Source of the DNA: Methylobacter sp.
Lineage (GTDB): Bacteria > Pseudomonadota > Gammaproteobacteria > Methylococcales > Methylomonadaceae
Length of the DNA stretch: 64,000 nt
Direction: 5' to 3'
Assembly: GCA_024636505.1 (NCBI GenBank)
Contig: JAGXGY010000044.1
Span: 9,319 to 73,318 of the forward strand
Shown: positions 1 to 9,593 of the stretch, piece by piece
Numbering within the stretch: position 1 is the first letter of the stretch
How the letters are laid out: each line of letters starts with the position of its first letter
The notes under the pieces: generated by a model
What the model was told of the DNA's origin: nothing
Databases searched by the model: none
The model's input: the letters and a program-made list of their open reading frames with translations, nothing else
Position numbers and translations under genes: made by a program

Positions 1-883
1 CTTTGGAAATTAATGCTCCCTGCGGCTTTTTCATGCCGAATGATTCGGCCAGTTCCCGGGTTACGTCTTGTATCTGGACACCCAGCCAGCCATGTGCGGC
101 TTTACCGGTGGCTTTTATTTGATCGACAACATTCATCACCACATCCATCGGTATAGAGAATGAAAGTCCCATAAAGCCGCCGGTACGGCTGTAAATCTGA
201 GAGTTGATGCCAACGACTTTGCCTTCCATATTAAACAACGGCCCGCCTGAATTACCCGGGTTGATAGCTACGTCAGTCTGTATAAACGGCACATAGTTGC
301 CGCCGGGCAAGCTGCGCCCTTTAGCACTGACTATGCCGGCTGTCGCTGATTGCTCAAATCCAAACGGCGAGCCTATCGCCAGAACCCACTCGCCTACCTG
401 CAGTTTGTTCGGCTCGCCAATGGTTACGGCGGGTAGATCTTTGGCCTCGACTTTTAGCAGGGCAACATCGGTACGGGCATCGGAGCCGATCAGTTTGGCT
501 GTCAGTTCGCGGCGATCGGAAAATTTAACGACAATTTCATCGGCATCTTTGACAACATGGTGATTGGTTAATACGTAACCGTCCGCTGAAATAATAAATC
601 CCGAACCTAACGATGTGGTATCTCTGGGACTATAGTCGTCACCGTCACCCTGTCCGTTTAAAAACCGTTTAAAAAGCTCCTCCAGTTCGGGAGGTATGCC
701 TTCCGGCAGTTGCGGTTGTTCGTTGGTGTTTTCAGTTGCGGGTAACGCTTTTTGCGTGGTGCTGATGTTGACCACGGCTACGCTATTGGTTTTTACCATG
801 TCGGTAAAGTCCGGTAATTGTGCGAATACATTTTCAGTAAGCACAACGATCAGAAGAAAATACCACTTAATGTTCTTGAACAT
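1..883 (-). CDS. degP: DegP/MucD-family periplasmic serine endoprotease (C-terminus runs off the window)
   Basis: Manual translation from ATG 883: signal peptide MFKNIKWYFLLIVVLTENVFA, then LPDFTDMV, SLGSGFIISADGYVLTNHHVV, TDVALLK, IQTDVAINPGNSGGPL (catalytic Ser motif) and the start of a PDZ domain (GWLGVQIQ). Missing from the ORF track because it is truncated. Confidence 0.93.
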   Translation of the reverse strand, partial: MFKNIKWYFLLIVVLTENVFAQLPDFTDMVKTNSVAVVNISTTQKALPATENTNEQPQLPEGIPPELEELFKRFLNGQGDGDDYSPRDTTSLGSGFIISADGYVLTNHHVVKDADEIVVKFSDRRELTAKLIGSDARTDVALLKVEAKDLPAVTIGEPNKLQVGEWVLAIGSPFGFEQSATAGIVSAKGRSLPGGNYVPFIQTDVAINPGNSGGPLFNMEGKVVGINSQIYSRTGGFMGLSFSIPMDVVMNVVDQIKATGKAAHGWLGVQIQDVTRELAESFGMKKPQGALISK

Positions 884-1227
884 AAAAATCTCCATTTAAT
901 TTCTAATGAAATATGTATATTAAAAAAATAATGTAACTGTTCAGCAGGTGCTGAGCTTGTGAAAGGGACGCGGTGGATTTGAATGATTTTTTAAAAAGAC
1001 CGGAGCCGGGTTTGAATACATTTTAATTTTATCATTATTATTTGGTGCGACCCGTTTCTATTTTATTGCTTAAGGACATTCTTCGCAGGACATCGCATTG
1101 ATCTGATTTTGAGATATAAAATTGCGTTATCACGCTAAAAAGCTTTATTATCGGTCAATAAACAACTTAGCGTGTTAGTACAATAACTTTCCTTTCATTT
1201 GCCCGGTCGGCTGCCTTTAATATCTAA

Positions 1228-2841
1228 ATGCCTAATTCCCAAAATTACGATGTCCTTATTATTGGCAGCGGCGGCGCCGGTTTAAGCTTGGCGCTTAAAT
1301 TGGCGGATCATTCAATGCGAATTGTCGTGTTGTCTAAATTCTCCTTGACCACGGGTAGCACCTATTATGCGCAAGGCGGCATATCCGCAGTTTTCGGTGC
1401 CGATGATTCTATTGAATCGCACATCAACGATACGCTGGACGCGGGAGCCGGACTTTGTGATCCCGATATTGTGCGCTTGACTGTGACTCATGGGAAAAGC
1501 TCTATAGATTGGTTAAGGGAGCAGGGCGTTGTTTTTACTGAGGAGCAGACCGCATCGGGTGAAGTGAAGTTGCATTTAAACCGGGAGGGCGGACACTCTC
1601 ATCGCCGCATCGTGCATACCGCCGATGCAACGGGTAAGGCGGTGTCTTTATCGCTGATTGAACGTGCTCAAGAGCACGGTAATATTGAGTTGTTCGAATA
1701 CCATAATGTGGTGGAGTTAATTACCGATACCCAAAAAGCAGAAAAACGGGTTTTGGGCGCCTATGTGTTGGATTCAAAAAGTCAACAGGTCAGGACGATA
1801 GCAGCACGCGCCGTGGTTCTGGCAACCGGCGGAGCCAGCAAGGCTTATCTTTACAGCACCAATCCGCAAGGCTCAACCGGCGATGGCATCGCGTTGGCTT
1901 GGCGCGCAGGTTGCCGCGTCAGCAATATGGAATTTATGCAGTTCCATCCTACTTGCCTTTATCATCCGCAGGCACAGTCTTTTCTGATCAGCGAAGCGGT
2001 AAGAGGCGAGGGCGGCAAGTTAATTTTGCCGGACGGCTCACCTTTCATGCACAATTTTGATCGGAGGGCGGAATTGGCGCCTCGGGATATAGTGGCTAGG
2101 GCCATCGATCATGAAATGAAAAAGCGCGGCATAGAATGTGTGTATCTCGATATCAGTCACAAACCGGAGGCGTTCATACGCGAACACTTTCCGACCATTC
2201 ACCGGCAGTGTCTTGAGTTCGATATAGACATTACCAAGCAGCCTATTCCGGTCGTTCCGGCCGCGCATTATACTTGCGGCGGCGTGTTAACCGACAGCTA
2301 TGCGCGCACTGACATCGCCAATCTTTATGCGATAGGCGAAGTCGCTTGTACCGGTTTGCACGGTGCTAATCGAATGGCCAGTAACTCGTTACTGGAATGT
2401 CTGGTGTTCGCAGAACGGGCCAGCGAGGATATTTTGCGGAAATTGTCCGGCATTTTGCCGGTGCCGGAAATCCCTGATTGGGATGAGTCAAAAGTCAGCG
2501 ATTCTGATGAAGAAGTAGTTGTTGCTCATAACTGGCACGAACTGCGCCGTTTTATGTGGGACTATGTCGGTATTGTCAGAACCGATAAACGCTTGAGCCG
2601 GGCAATGAATCGCGTCGAATTGCTGAAAAAGGAAATCGCTGAATATTACAGTAATTTTCGTGTGACCAGCGATTTGCTGGAATTACGCAATCTGGTCATT
2701 GTCGCCGAATTAATCATCCGTTGCGCACAGCAGCGCAAGGAAAGCCGCGGTTTACATTACACGCTCGACTATCCTGAAACCGATAACAGCAAGCCCGCGC
2801 AAAATACAATTTTGACACCGTGTCCGACTGAGCGGTGTTGA
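1228..2841 (+). CDS. nadB: L-aspartate oxidase
   Basis: FAD motif [53 protein letters not shown]. Confidence 0.97.
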   Translation: MPNSQNYDVLIIGSGGAGLSLALKLADHSMRIVVLSKFSLTTGSTYYAQGGISAVFGADDSIESHINDTLDAGAGLCDPDIVRLTVTHGKSSIDWLREQGVVFTEEQTASGEVKLHLNREGGHSHRRIVHTADATGKAVSLSLIERAQEHGNIELFEYHNVVELITDTQKAEKRVLGAYVLDSKSQQVRTIAARAVVLATGGASKAYLYSTNPQGSTGDGIALAWRAGCRVSNMEFMQFHPTCLYHPQAQSFLISEAVRGEGGKLILPDGSPFMHNFDRRAELAPRDIVARAIDHEMKKRGIECVYLDISHKPEAFIREHFPTIHRQCLEFDIDITKQPIPVVPAAHYTCGGVLTDSYARTDIANLYAIGEVACTGLHGANRMASNSLLECLVFAERASEDILRKLSGILPVPEIPDWDESKVSDSDEEVVVAHNWHELRRFMWDYVGIVRTDKRLSRAMNRVELLKKEIAEYYSNFRVTSDLLELRNLVIVAELIIRCAQQRKESRGLHYTLDYPETDNSKPAQNTILTPCPTERC

Positions 2842-2843
2842 TG

Positions 2844-3257
2844 TTAAAGCGCTAACAGCGCCTTGAGTTCTAAAGCCGCCTGTTCGCAGTCTAACGCAGA
2901 TTTCTCAACGCGCCGCCGCAAAAGAAGACCAATACTCAAGCCGTCTATATCGCGAGAAACATATTCGTTAAGATCGGCGCATGCCTGTTGCATATGGTGC
3001 TCAGCCTGAATTAAGGCCTGGCGTTTTTTGGTATCCTCGCCTTCCAGCAGTAACAATATCATCACGTCACTGGTCATTTTATTTTGCAAGCGGAAGATGT
3101 CTTCTACGTGACGTTCAAACGCTTCGCGCGACTGACCGTCAGCACCATACCCGCCCCAAAACGGAATGGCGCAGCCTGATAGTAACGAAACAATAGCAAA
3201 TACGACTACGCTTCGATGAATAACCAAATATTTCAGATCCATCATTTTATTTTTCAA
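2844..3257 (-). CDS. Hypothetical lipoprotein
   Basis: Hydrophobic N-terminus with lipobox LLSG|C. The start may be a few codons downstream. Confidence 0.7.
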   Translation of the reverse strand: MKNKMMDLKYLVIHRSVVVFAIVSLLSGCAIPFWGGYGADGQSREAFERHVEDIFRLQNKMTSDVMILLLLEGEDTKKRQALIQAEHHMQQACADLNEYVSRDIDGLSIGLLLRRRVEKSALDCEQAALELKALLAL

Positions 3258-3289
3258 ACCAATGCTTAATAACTAAATCACAATACACG

Positions 3290-3722
3290 TTGACCTGCTC
3301 CCGTTCTAAAAGACGGAGATTCCTGGGGTGACTCAGGATCGGTATGTATCGCTGCTGACGGCATGGCTGCGCCATTCGCTTCGCAGACCAAGCCGTCAGC
3401 CCGACGGTTTTTTTATTCACTGATGTTACGCACCGACTACAAGCTATCAATAACTTACGCTCATTTTTTGCTTCGTAAGCTATTGATTTTTGGTTTGCCT
3501 GCGTAACATCAGTTATTCATTTACGTCGGCATTCAAGACTTTACCCGGGTCGCTGGGTTATCGTTGATCGTGATGCACAGGTCTTTGCCGCCCGGAAAAT
3601 CTTACCAACAAAGCACTTGTTTTGCTAAATAAATTGAAACGAATACCGGACGTAGCGAATCACTGGCGAATTGGGCCGCTTATATTCCCGTTCTGAATGG
3701 CGGGATTTTACGCTACTTAGCG
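3290..3722 (-). mobile_element. Non-autonomous IS200/IS605-derived element, copy 1 (left end, omegaRNA-like region and right end; no tnpA/tnpB)
   Basis: Minus strand reads TTGAT|CGCTAAGTAGCGTAAAATCCCGCCATTCAGAACGGGA (left-end hairpin) ... GGAATCTCCGTCTTTTAGAACGGGAGCAGGTCAA (right-end hairpin). Homologous to 6998-7368 at both ends and in internal blocks. Confidence 0.8.
3420..3512. mobile_element. 93-bp MITE nested in the IS605-derived element
   Basis: 13-bp terminal inverted repeats CTGATGTTACGCA / TGCGTAACATCAG, flanked by the 7-bp direct repeat TTATTCA (3413-3419, 3513-3519). Absent from the homologous copy at 6998-7368. Confidence 0.8.
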
Positions 3723-3830
3723 ATCAAACATCTGTTATATATTCTTGTTTTTTTGTATTTCTCCTGCATTCCAGGTGTATACTTTATCAAATCTGTATCG
3801 ATAAAAACCAACAAATACGGTGTCAAAAAA

Positions 3831-5225
3831 ATGACTAAAAAGACCACAAGCAAATATCTGCTTAACCTTGAAAAACATTTCGCTGCTGACAATCCGATAT
3901 TACTGAAAGCGTCAAAAGTCTTTCAGGAGCTTGATCAAATTGAATATGATTTAGGATTGATCGACATGGATCAAACCACGGCCAGTAAAAATTCATGGTG
4001 GCCGATAATTAGCTTGATTGGCGGCAATTCAACCGCTAAGTCCCGGTTTATTAATGATTATTTTTCTGCGGATGAGCAGTTTTCCGGCATTCAAACGGCC
4101 AGTCATAAGTTTACCGTGTTGCTGCATAGTAATCAGTCTAATCCGACAACCTTGCCCGGTATCGCGCTGGATGTAGATCACCGGTTCCCCTTTTATCAAA
4201 TTAGCCATAAAATCGAGCAGCAGAAACAAGGTGAGGGAGATAGGATTAATTCTTATCTGGAATTAAAAACACTGAACAGCGACCGCCTGAAAAGTAAGCT
4301 GTTTATTGATGCACCCAACATCAGTGCTGCACCGCCTAATCCGGTTACCTCGTTATTAACAAAACATATCACTGAAACGTCGGACCTAGTTTTTGTTTTT
4401 ACCGATGTATTCGATTCCATATCGCCACTGGTCGATGAGCTTATAGAAAGCATTATTCTCCATCAGGATTCCAATAAGTTTGTTTATCTGATAGATAAGC
4501 CGACCGCGATGACCCATTCGCCTGCCAACGGCGAAATCATCTCTTCATGGCAAAGAAAATTGGCCGGATTGGGATTAAATACCGGTCAATTTATCGTTCT
4601 GCCTAGCCGGGAAGATGGTGTGGATAGTCAACGTCCTGTTGATTTTTCAGCGATAGATCAGTGTATAGCCAATGTAGGATATGACCGTACTTACCGGGTG
4701 TTAAATTCACTGGAAAAAAACATTCGCGAGATTAATGACGTGGTGATGCCGGAAGTCAAAGCCGCCATCATACGATGGAAAGAACGAGCGGTCTTTTCCA
4801 GTTTGGTTGTTCTCGGATTTATTGCTACCCTGGCTATTTTTGCTGAAATACAGGCTGGTATTCTGGAGTTATTGCTAGACCCCGTCATTGGTTCTATCGT
4901 CGTCGTTGTACTGATAGTGTCCATGACGCCTCTGCATCTTATGTTTAGCAGGATTCATGCGAAATCAATCATCAATCAACTGAACAGTCGGCAAAAAGAA
5001 CTTCATTTAATGGAAAATCTAGCGGGTATTTTTGAAAAAAATATGACCTTCGGCCGCATGATGCTGCCGATCTCCGAGCCCATCGGCTGGAACAAAAAAA
5101 CAAAGCTCCGCCTGACTCAGGTCTCCAATAAAACCAAAGAACTGGTGCAATTATTGAACGACAATTTCAGCATATATGATCAGGAATCCTTAAGCAACCA
5201 TTCGGATTTGTCGGATTTTAACTAA
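3831..5225 (+). CDS. Dynamin-like P-loop family protein with two C-terminal TM helices; GTPase motifs degenerate
   Basis: ISLIGGNSTAKSRFINDY (G1-like), KFTVL, LFIDAPN (G3-like), DLVFVFTD, and a C-terminal TM hairpin. Probable start is ATG 3831. Confidence 0.65.
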   Translation: MTKKTTSKYLLNLEKHFAADNPILLKASKVFQELDQIEYDLGLIDMDQTTASKNSWWPIISLIGGNSTAKSRFINDYFSADEQFSGIQTASHKFTVLLHSNQSNPTTLPGIALDVDHRFPFYQISHKIEQQKQGEGDRINSYLELKTLNSDRLKSKLFIDAPNISAAPPNPVTSLLTKHITETSDLVFVFTDVFDSISPLVDELIESIILHQDSNKFVYLIDKPTAMTHSPANGEIISSWQRKLAGLGLNTGQFIVLPSREDGVDSQRPVDFSAIDQCIANVGYDRTYRVLNSLEKNIREINDVVMPEVKAAIIRWKERAVFSSLVVLGFIATLAIFAEIQAGILELLLDPVIGSIVVVVLIVSMTPLHLMFSRIHAKSIINQLNSRQKELHLMENLAGIFEKNMTFGRMMLPISEPIGWNKKTKLRLTQVSNKTKELVQLLNDNFSIYDQESLSNHSDLSDFN

Positions 5226-5299
5226 ATATTCTCGTATTCTCTGCCGTATTTATTGCTCGGTCGATATAAACAGTTTGTAAAAATAAGACCCTAGGAATT

Positions 5300-5797
5300 A
5301 TGGATGTTTTAAAACAATACCTGCCGCTATGCTGGTTAAAAAATAACCCGTTAGAGTTGTCGAGATCACTCAGTTTTTTTAAACAAAATCTGTTGTTCTA
5401 TTTCGTGGTCGAGTATTTCATGCAGACTAACATGACTGTCGACCCGCTGGAATCATTTGTTGAAGTGAGTATAGAGACATTATTAACGCTTGCCTTTATA
5501 GGGTTAATACTGTTCTTTAATAGGACTTTATATGTTTATATACAAGTAGCGACAGCAATTTTATTTTGTGCAAATGTAGTTGCACTTCCTCTGGTGCCGG
5601 TGTTGATTTGGCTGACCGTTAGCGAAGATATTTTAAGTTATTATTTTTTTGCGCTGATTTTGTTTTGGGAATTTGTTTTAGTCACTAATATTATCAGGCA
5701 AGTTCTGTCCGTCAATATTTTAGCTAGCCTGATTTTATCTTTATTTTATTTTTCAGTGACTTATTTTGGTGCTTTTGCGCTGGGGCAGCTGTTTTAG
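5300..5797 (+). CDS. Hypothetical integral membrane protein
   Basis: About 5 hydrophobic segments; RBS AGGA upstream. Confidence 0.75.
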   Translation: MDVLKQYLPLCWLKNNPLELSRSLSFFKQNLLFYFVVEYFMQTNMTVDPLESFVEVSIETLLTLAFIGLILFFNRTLYVYIQVATAILFCANVVALPLVPVLIWLTVSEDILSYYFFALILFWEFVLVTNIIRQVLSVNILASLILSLFYFSVTYFGAFALGQLF

Positions 5798-5816
5798 TCA
5801 TGGCGCGACTATAAAA

Positions 5817-5855
5817 AGCCTGTGTGTTGGTTTGCGCTAAGCCAACACACAGGCT
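5817..5855. terminator. Hairpin between convergent genes (probable bidirectional terminator)
   Basis: AGCCTGTGTGTTGG-N11-CCAACACACAGGCT with an adjacent A-tract. Confidence 0.6.
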
Positions 5856-5871
5856 GTATGCGCCGGTCGCG

Positions 5872-6885
5872 TTACAAAGAAATCCGAGAAATCCCGACTG
5901 CTTTGCGTAACTCCTGCATAAACGGTACGCTGACGGCGCGCGCTTTTTGAGCGCCTTCCTGCAATTGTTCTTCTATATGTTCAGGTGCCTGCATTAATGC
6001 CTCGTAACGCTCTCTTGCCGGCGTGATATGTTCATTAATGTGCTCAAACAAGGTCTGTTTCATTTCCCCCCAAGCAATGCCGTTTGCATAACGCTGCCGT
6101 ATTTCAGCCACTTCGGCTTTGCCGGCAAATGCCTGATAAATGCCGAATAAGGTGCAGCCTTCAGGATCTTTAGGCTCGCCAGGCTCCAGTGAATTGGTTT
6201 TAATCTTGTTAATAAGTTTTCTTAGCTTTTTTTCAGGTTCGAATAACGGGATAGTGTTGTTATAACTCTTGCTCATTTTGCGTCCGTCCATGCCCGCCAA
6301 AGTTGACGCATGTTCTTCAATGACAGCTTCCGGCAGTACAAAATGTTCACCGTAAATATGATTAAACCGTCCGGCAAGGTCTCTGGCCATTTCAATATGC
6401 TGAATCTGATCCTTGCCTACCGGGACTTTATCGGCATTAAACATCAGCATATCGGCGGCCATTAATATCGGGTAACTGAATAAGCCCATGGTGATGCCCT
6501 TGTCGGCATCGCCCTCGCCGCCCTGCTCGTTTTCAGCAACCGCTGCCTTATAGGCGTGCGCTCTGTTCATCAAGCCCTTTGCCGCCACACAGGTTAGCAT
6601 CCAGGAAAGTTCCATGATTTCAGGTACATCCGACTGTCGATAGAAAACCGCATTTGAGGTATCCAGACCTAAAGCCAGCCAGGTTGCGGCAATTTCAAGG
6701 CTGGACTGCCTGACTCTTTCCGGCTCCTGGCATTTAATCAACGCATGATAGTCGGCCAGAAAATAAAAGGGCGTGACGTTTGCGTCTTTACTCGCGGCAA
6801 TGGCTGGCCTGATGGCGCCGACATAATTACCCAAATGCGGGGTACCCGTAGTGGTGATTCCGGTTAAAACGATTGCTTTATTCAT
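5872..6885 (-). CDS. trpS: Tryptophan--tRNA ligase
   Basis: HIGH-like TPHLGNY, VPVGKDQIQH and KMSKS motifs. Confidence 0.97.
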   Translation of the reverse strand: MNKAIVLTGITTTGTPHLGNYVGAIRPAIAASKDANVTPFYFLADYHALIKCQEPERVRQSSLEIAATWLALGLDTSNAVFYRQSDVPEIMELSWMLTCVAAKGLMNRAHAYKAAVAENEQGGEGDADKGITMGLFSYPILMAADMLMFNADKVPVGKDQIQHIEMARDLAGRFNHIYGEHFVLPEAVIEEHASTLAGMDGRKMSKSYNNTIPLFEPEKKLRKLINKIKTNSLEPGEPKDPEGCTLFGIYQAFAGKAEVAEIRQRYANGIAWGEMKQTLFEHINEHITPARERYEALMQAPEHIEEQLQEGAQKARAVSVPFMQELRKAVGISRISL

Positions 6886-6997
6886 GATGTCAGAAGTCTG
6901 TTTATTGAAGTGCTGGGAATGGGCATCATATTACCTAAATTCAGCTTAATATCCAGCGCAATAGCGCAATTCATAGCGCTATTGCAAATCTTTTTAT

Positions 6998-7368
6998 CGC
7001 TAAGTAGCGTAAAACCCCGCCGTTCAGGGCGAGGATGTCAGCGGCTCAATTCCGAATCTTTCATAATATGCACAATATATCCTGTGTTAGAATTACACCG
7101 AGATTGCTAGCAGAGGACGCTTAGGCTCGCTCCATGACGGCAACTTAAAAGTAAAGACTTCAACATCACAATCAGCAAAAACCAAGCGATCGATGTGAAG
7201 TCTCGAATAACCGTACAAAAGTAAAATAACCGTCGGGCAGACGGGGCTAGTCTGTGAAGTGAACGGTGCAACAATGCCGTCAGCAGCAGAAACCGGTGAG
7301 CAGTAGCGATACAGTCTCACTCCTGAGCAATCAGGAATCCCCTTCCTTTAGGTCGGGGAGGATGTCAA
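6998..7368 (+). mobile_element. Non-autonomous IS200/IS605-derived element, copy 2
   Basis: TTTAT|CGCTAAGTAGCGTAAAACCCCGCCGTTCAGGGCGAGGATGT (left end) ... GGAATCCCCTTCCTTTAGGTCGGGGAGGATGTCAA (right end). Shares the ACCGTCGGGC..GACGG...ATGCCGTCAGCAGC block with copy 1. Confidence 0.85.
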
Positions 7369-7435
7369 CTTCGCAGCCAAAACCCTATAGCTGAATTAGT
7401 AAATGCCATAACTGTAATAAAACCGGAGACATGAC

Positions 7436-7735
7436 ATGTTAGGATATGATGAAAAGCGCAATTATATTCGGATGGAAATAGACTGTGAAGTTACCTACAG
7501 GCTTGCGGATTCAGATGAATTACATCAGGGCCGCTGTTCATCGATCAGTGGTGTCGGCGTTTCATTTATTGCCGACCGTGTTTTCGATACGGGTAAGGCC
7601 ATGGAAATAAACGTCATTCCTAAAAACACGCTGACGCCGTCGATGACCGCTTTTATTGAGGTTATCAGAAGCACCCGGCAAGATGACGGCAGCTACGAGA
7701 TTGCCGCCACCATAAAGAGTATAAAAGGGAGCTAA
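7436..7735 (+). CDS. PilZ-domain protein
   Basis: EKRNYIR (RxxxR) and SISGVG (D/NxSxxG-like) motifs in a single 99-aa domain. Confidence 0.85.
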   Translation: MLGYDEKRNYIRMEIDCEVTYRLADSDELHQGRCSSISGVGVSFIADRVFDTGKAMEINVIPKNTLTPSMTAFIEVIRSTRQDDGSYEIAATIKSIKGS

Positions 7736-7779
7736 AATCCCTGTTATCGATTGTTACTTAAACTGTTTATATTTTAATT

Positions 7780-8184
7780 ATGTATACGATTACCAAAGAG
7801 GTGTATTTTTGTTACGGACACCGCTTAATGAACCATCTCGGTAAATGCCGCAATTTACACGGACACAGCGTTAAGGCCTCGATCTCCATAGAGCAGGAGC
7901 AGCTTAACGATCAAGCCATGGTCTGCGATTTTTCCGATATTAAGGATTGTGTTGAGGCCTACATCGATCTGCAGCTCGATCATAATTTTCTGCTGCATAA
8001 AGATGATCCGATCATCCCCATGCTTATCGCAAACCAGGAACGCTTTCTTGCCCTTGACGAACATCCCACCGCAGAAGTCCTGAGTAAAATGATTTATCAG
8101 CATCTCAAACAGGCCGGTTTTAACGTTGCTCAGGTAGTATTATGGGAAACTGCCAGCGCCGCAGCCTGCTATCGGGAAAGCTGA
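7780..8184 (+). CDS. queD: 6-carboxytetrahydropterin synthase (QueD/PTPS family)
   Basis: GHRL..H.GKCRNLHGH, DF, LDH, PTAE and LWET motifs. Confidence 0.88.
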   Translation: MYTITKEVYFCYGHRLMNHLGKCRNLHGHSVKASISIEQEQLNDQAMVCDFSDIKDCVEAYIDLQLDHNFLLHKDDPIIPMLIANQERFLALDEHPTAEVLSKMIYQHLKQAGFNVAQVVLWETASAAACYRES

Positions 8185-8192
8185 TATCGATC

Positions 8193-8645
8193 ATGAGTTT
8201 TGTCAATCCGGTCAACAAATCAATCTGTCTGGAACAAGTCTGCGAATCCAACTATCAAAAGTTATTTAGGTTAATTCCAGATTTAATGGCGTTTAAACAA
8301 ACAGCCATCGGTCTTGCTCCTCATCATACCACGCTGCATCTTGAAATTATTGAGCGTACCCCGCATACCTTGACAGTCGAATTGAGTCACTGCTTCGATA
8401 AAAACCGGGACGAGTTTATGGCGCCCGCCGTAAAAATAAGAATTTATCTGGATGCACAGCTGGCCGAAGTATTAAGCGATCATGCCCGGGCCGGTGTAGC
8501 CCAGGTTTTTAAAGATCCCGGTTTAAGCCGTGAAATCATGAATTACAAATGGCGATTAAATTATTTTTTGCAGAAATGGCTGGATCATTGTTTAAAAAAA
8601 GACTATTTATTCAGTTCTAATACGGCCAATCTAGTGTTAGCTTAA
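8193..8645 (+). CDS. DUF1249 (YqiB-like) protein
   Basis: CESNYQKLFRL, RIYLDAQLAEV and KWRLNYFLQKWLDHCL. Confidence 0.8.
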   Translation: MSFVNPVNKSICLEQVCESNYQKLFRLIPDLMAFKQTAIGLAPHHTTLHLEIIERTPHTLTVELSHCFDKNRDEFMAPAVKIRIYLDAQLAEVLSDHARAGVAQVFKDPGLSREIMNYKWRLNYFLQKWLDHCLKKDYLFSSNTANLVLA

Positions 8646-8692
8646 TCCGTTCGTGGTCAAGCTTGTCGAGCCACACTTTTAACCATCCGCTC

Positions 8693-9571
8693 ATGCGCAA
8701 AAAAAACTCATCGCTCAGCCTACTTAAATTACTGCCTCGCTTATTTCGCCTAGGCCGAAAATATCCGGTATTGTTGCTGATTATTGTCGGTCTTGGCTTA
8801 GGCAGTTATGGCTATGAAGTCAAAATTGCCCGTCCCGCATTGCTTTATCACGGCGCTCCGCAAGCCCTTGATGCCAAAAACACTGATACCTGGTTTCGCA
8901 TATTACGCAATCATGGCTTTATTCTGGGTTATTCGGATTTGCGCGGTAATCCGCTGTGGGTACAGTACGCATTAACTCCGGAAGCCGATAGGCCATCGTT
9001 AAAGCGTCCCAATCGCTTTGAAACCGATTGGCGCGGCATCAATCGTGTCAGTCACGACAGTTATCAAAAAAGCGGTTACGACCGGGGACACATGGCGCCC
9101 AATTATGCGATCAGTCGTCTTTACGGCAGGGAAGGGCAGGCTGACAGTTTTTTGATGACCAACATCACCCCGCAAAATCCCAAGCTTAATCAGCAGTTGT
9201 GGCAGCGTCTGGAGGAAATGGAAGTCAAGCATTTTGCCAAAAAATTTGGCAAGGTATGGGTCATTACCGGCCCGGTTTTTAGCGGAGCGGTTGCACGCTT
9301 AAGTTCGGATTGGACAGTGGAAATACCGGACGCGTTTTATAAAATTTATCTCACCGAAGCCGCTGCCGACAAACCGTCGATTGCCCTGGCCTTTTTAATC
9401 CCGCAAACGGTCAACGGCAACGAGCCGCTGGCGCAGTTCGTGACCAGTATCGATACCATAGAAGCGCAAACCGGTCTGGATTTTTTTGCCCAACTGGATG
9501 ATCGCACCGAAGCCGCTTTGGAGGCCGCAGTTAAACCGCAGCCGTGGGGTTTGCGCGCGGTCAATAAATAG
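8693..9571 (+). CDS. DNA/RNA non-specific endonuclease (NucA/EndoG family), N-terminally anchored
   Basis: SGYDRGHMAP active-site motif, NITPQ..LN..LW..LE, TGP, IPDAFYK and IEAQTGLDFF. N-terminal TM segment. Confidence 0.92.
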   Translation: MRKKNSSLSLLKLLPRLFRLGRKYPVLLLIIVGLGLGSYGYEVKIARPALLYHGAPQALDAKNTDTWFRILRNHGFILGYSDLRGNPLWVQYALTPEADRPSLKRPNRFETDWRGINRVSHDSYQKSGYDRGHMAPNYAISRLYGREGQADSFLMTNITPQNPKLNQQLWQRLEEMEVKHFAKKFGKVWVITGPVFSGAVARLSSDWTVEIPDAFYKIYLTEAAADKPSIALAFLIPQTVNGNEPLAQFVTSIDTIEAQTGLDFFAQLDDRTEAALEAAVKPQPWGLRAVNK

Positions 9572-9593
9572 TTGCGGCGTTATTGCCCGCAGC

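Noticed and set aside
297-899. Plus-strand ORFs 297-563 and 696-899
   Set aside because: Antisense shadows of degP/mucD.
3290-3420. 6S RNA or riboswitch
   Set aside because: Better explained as the right end and omegaRNA-like part of an IS200/IS605-derived element with a sister copy at 6998-7368.
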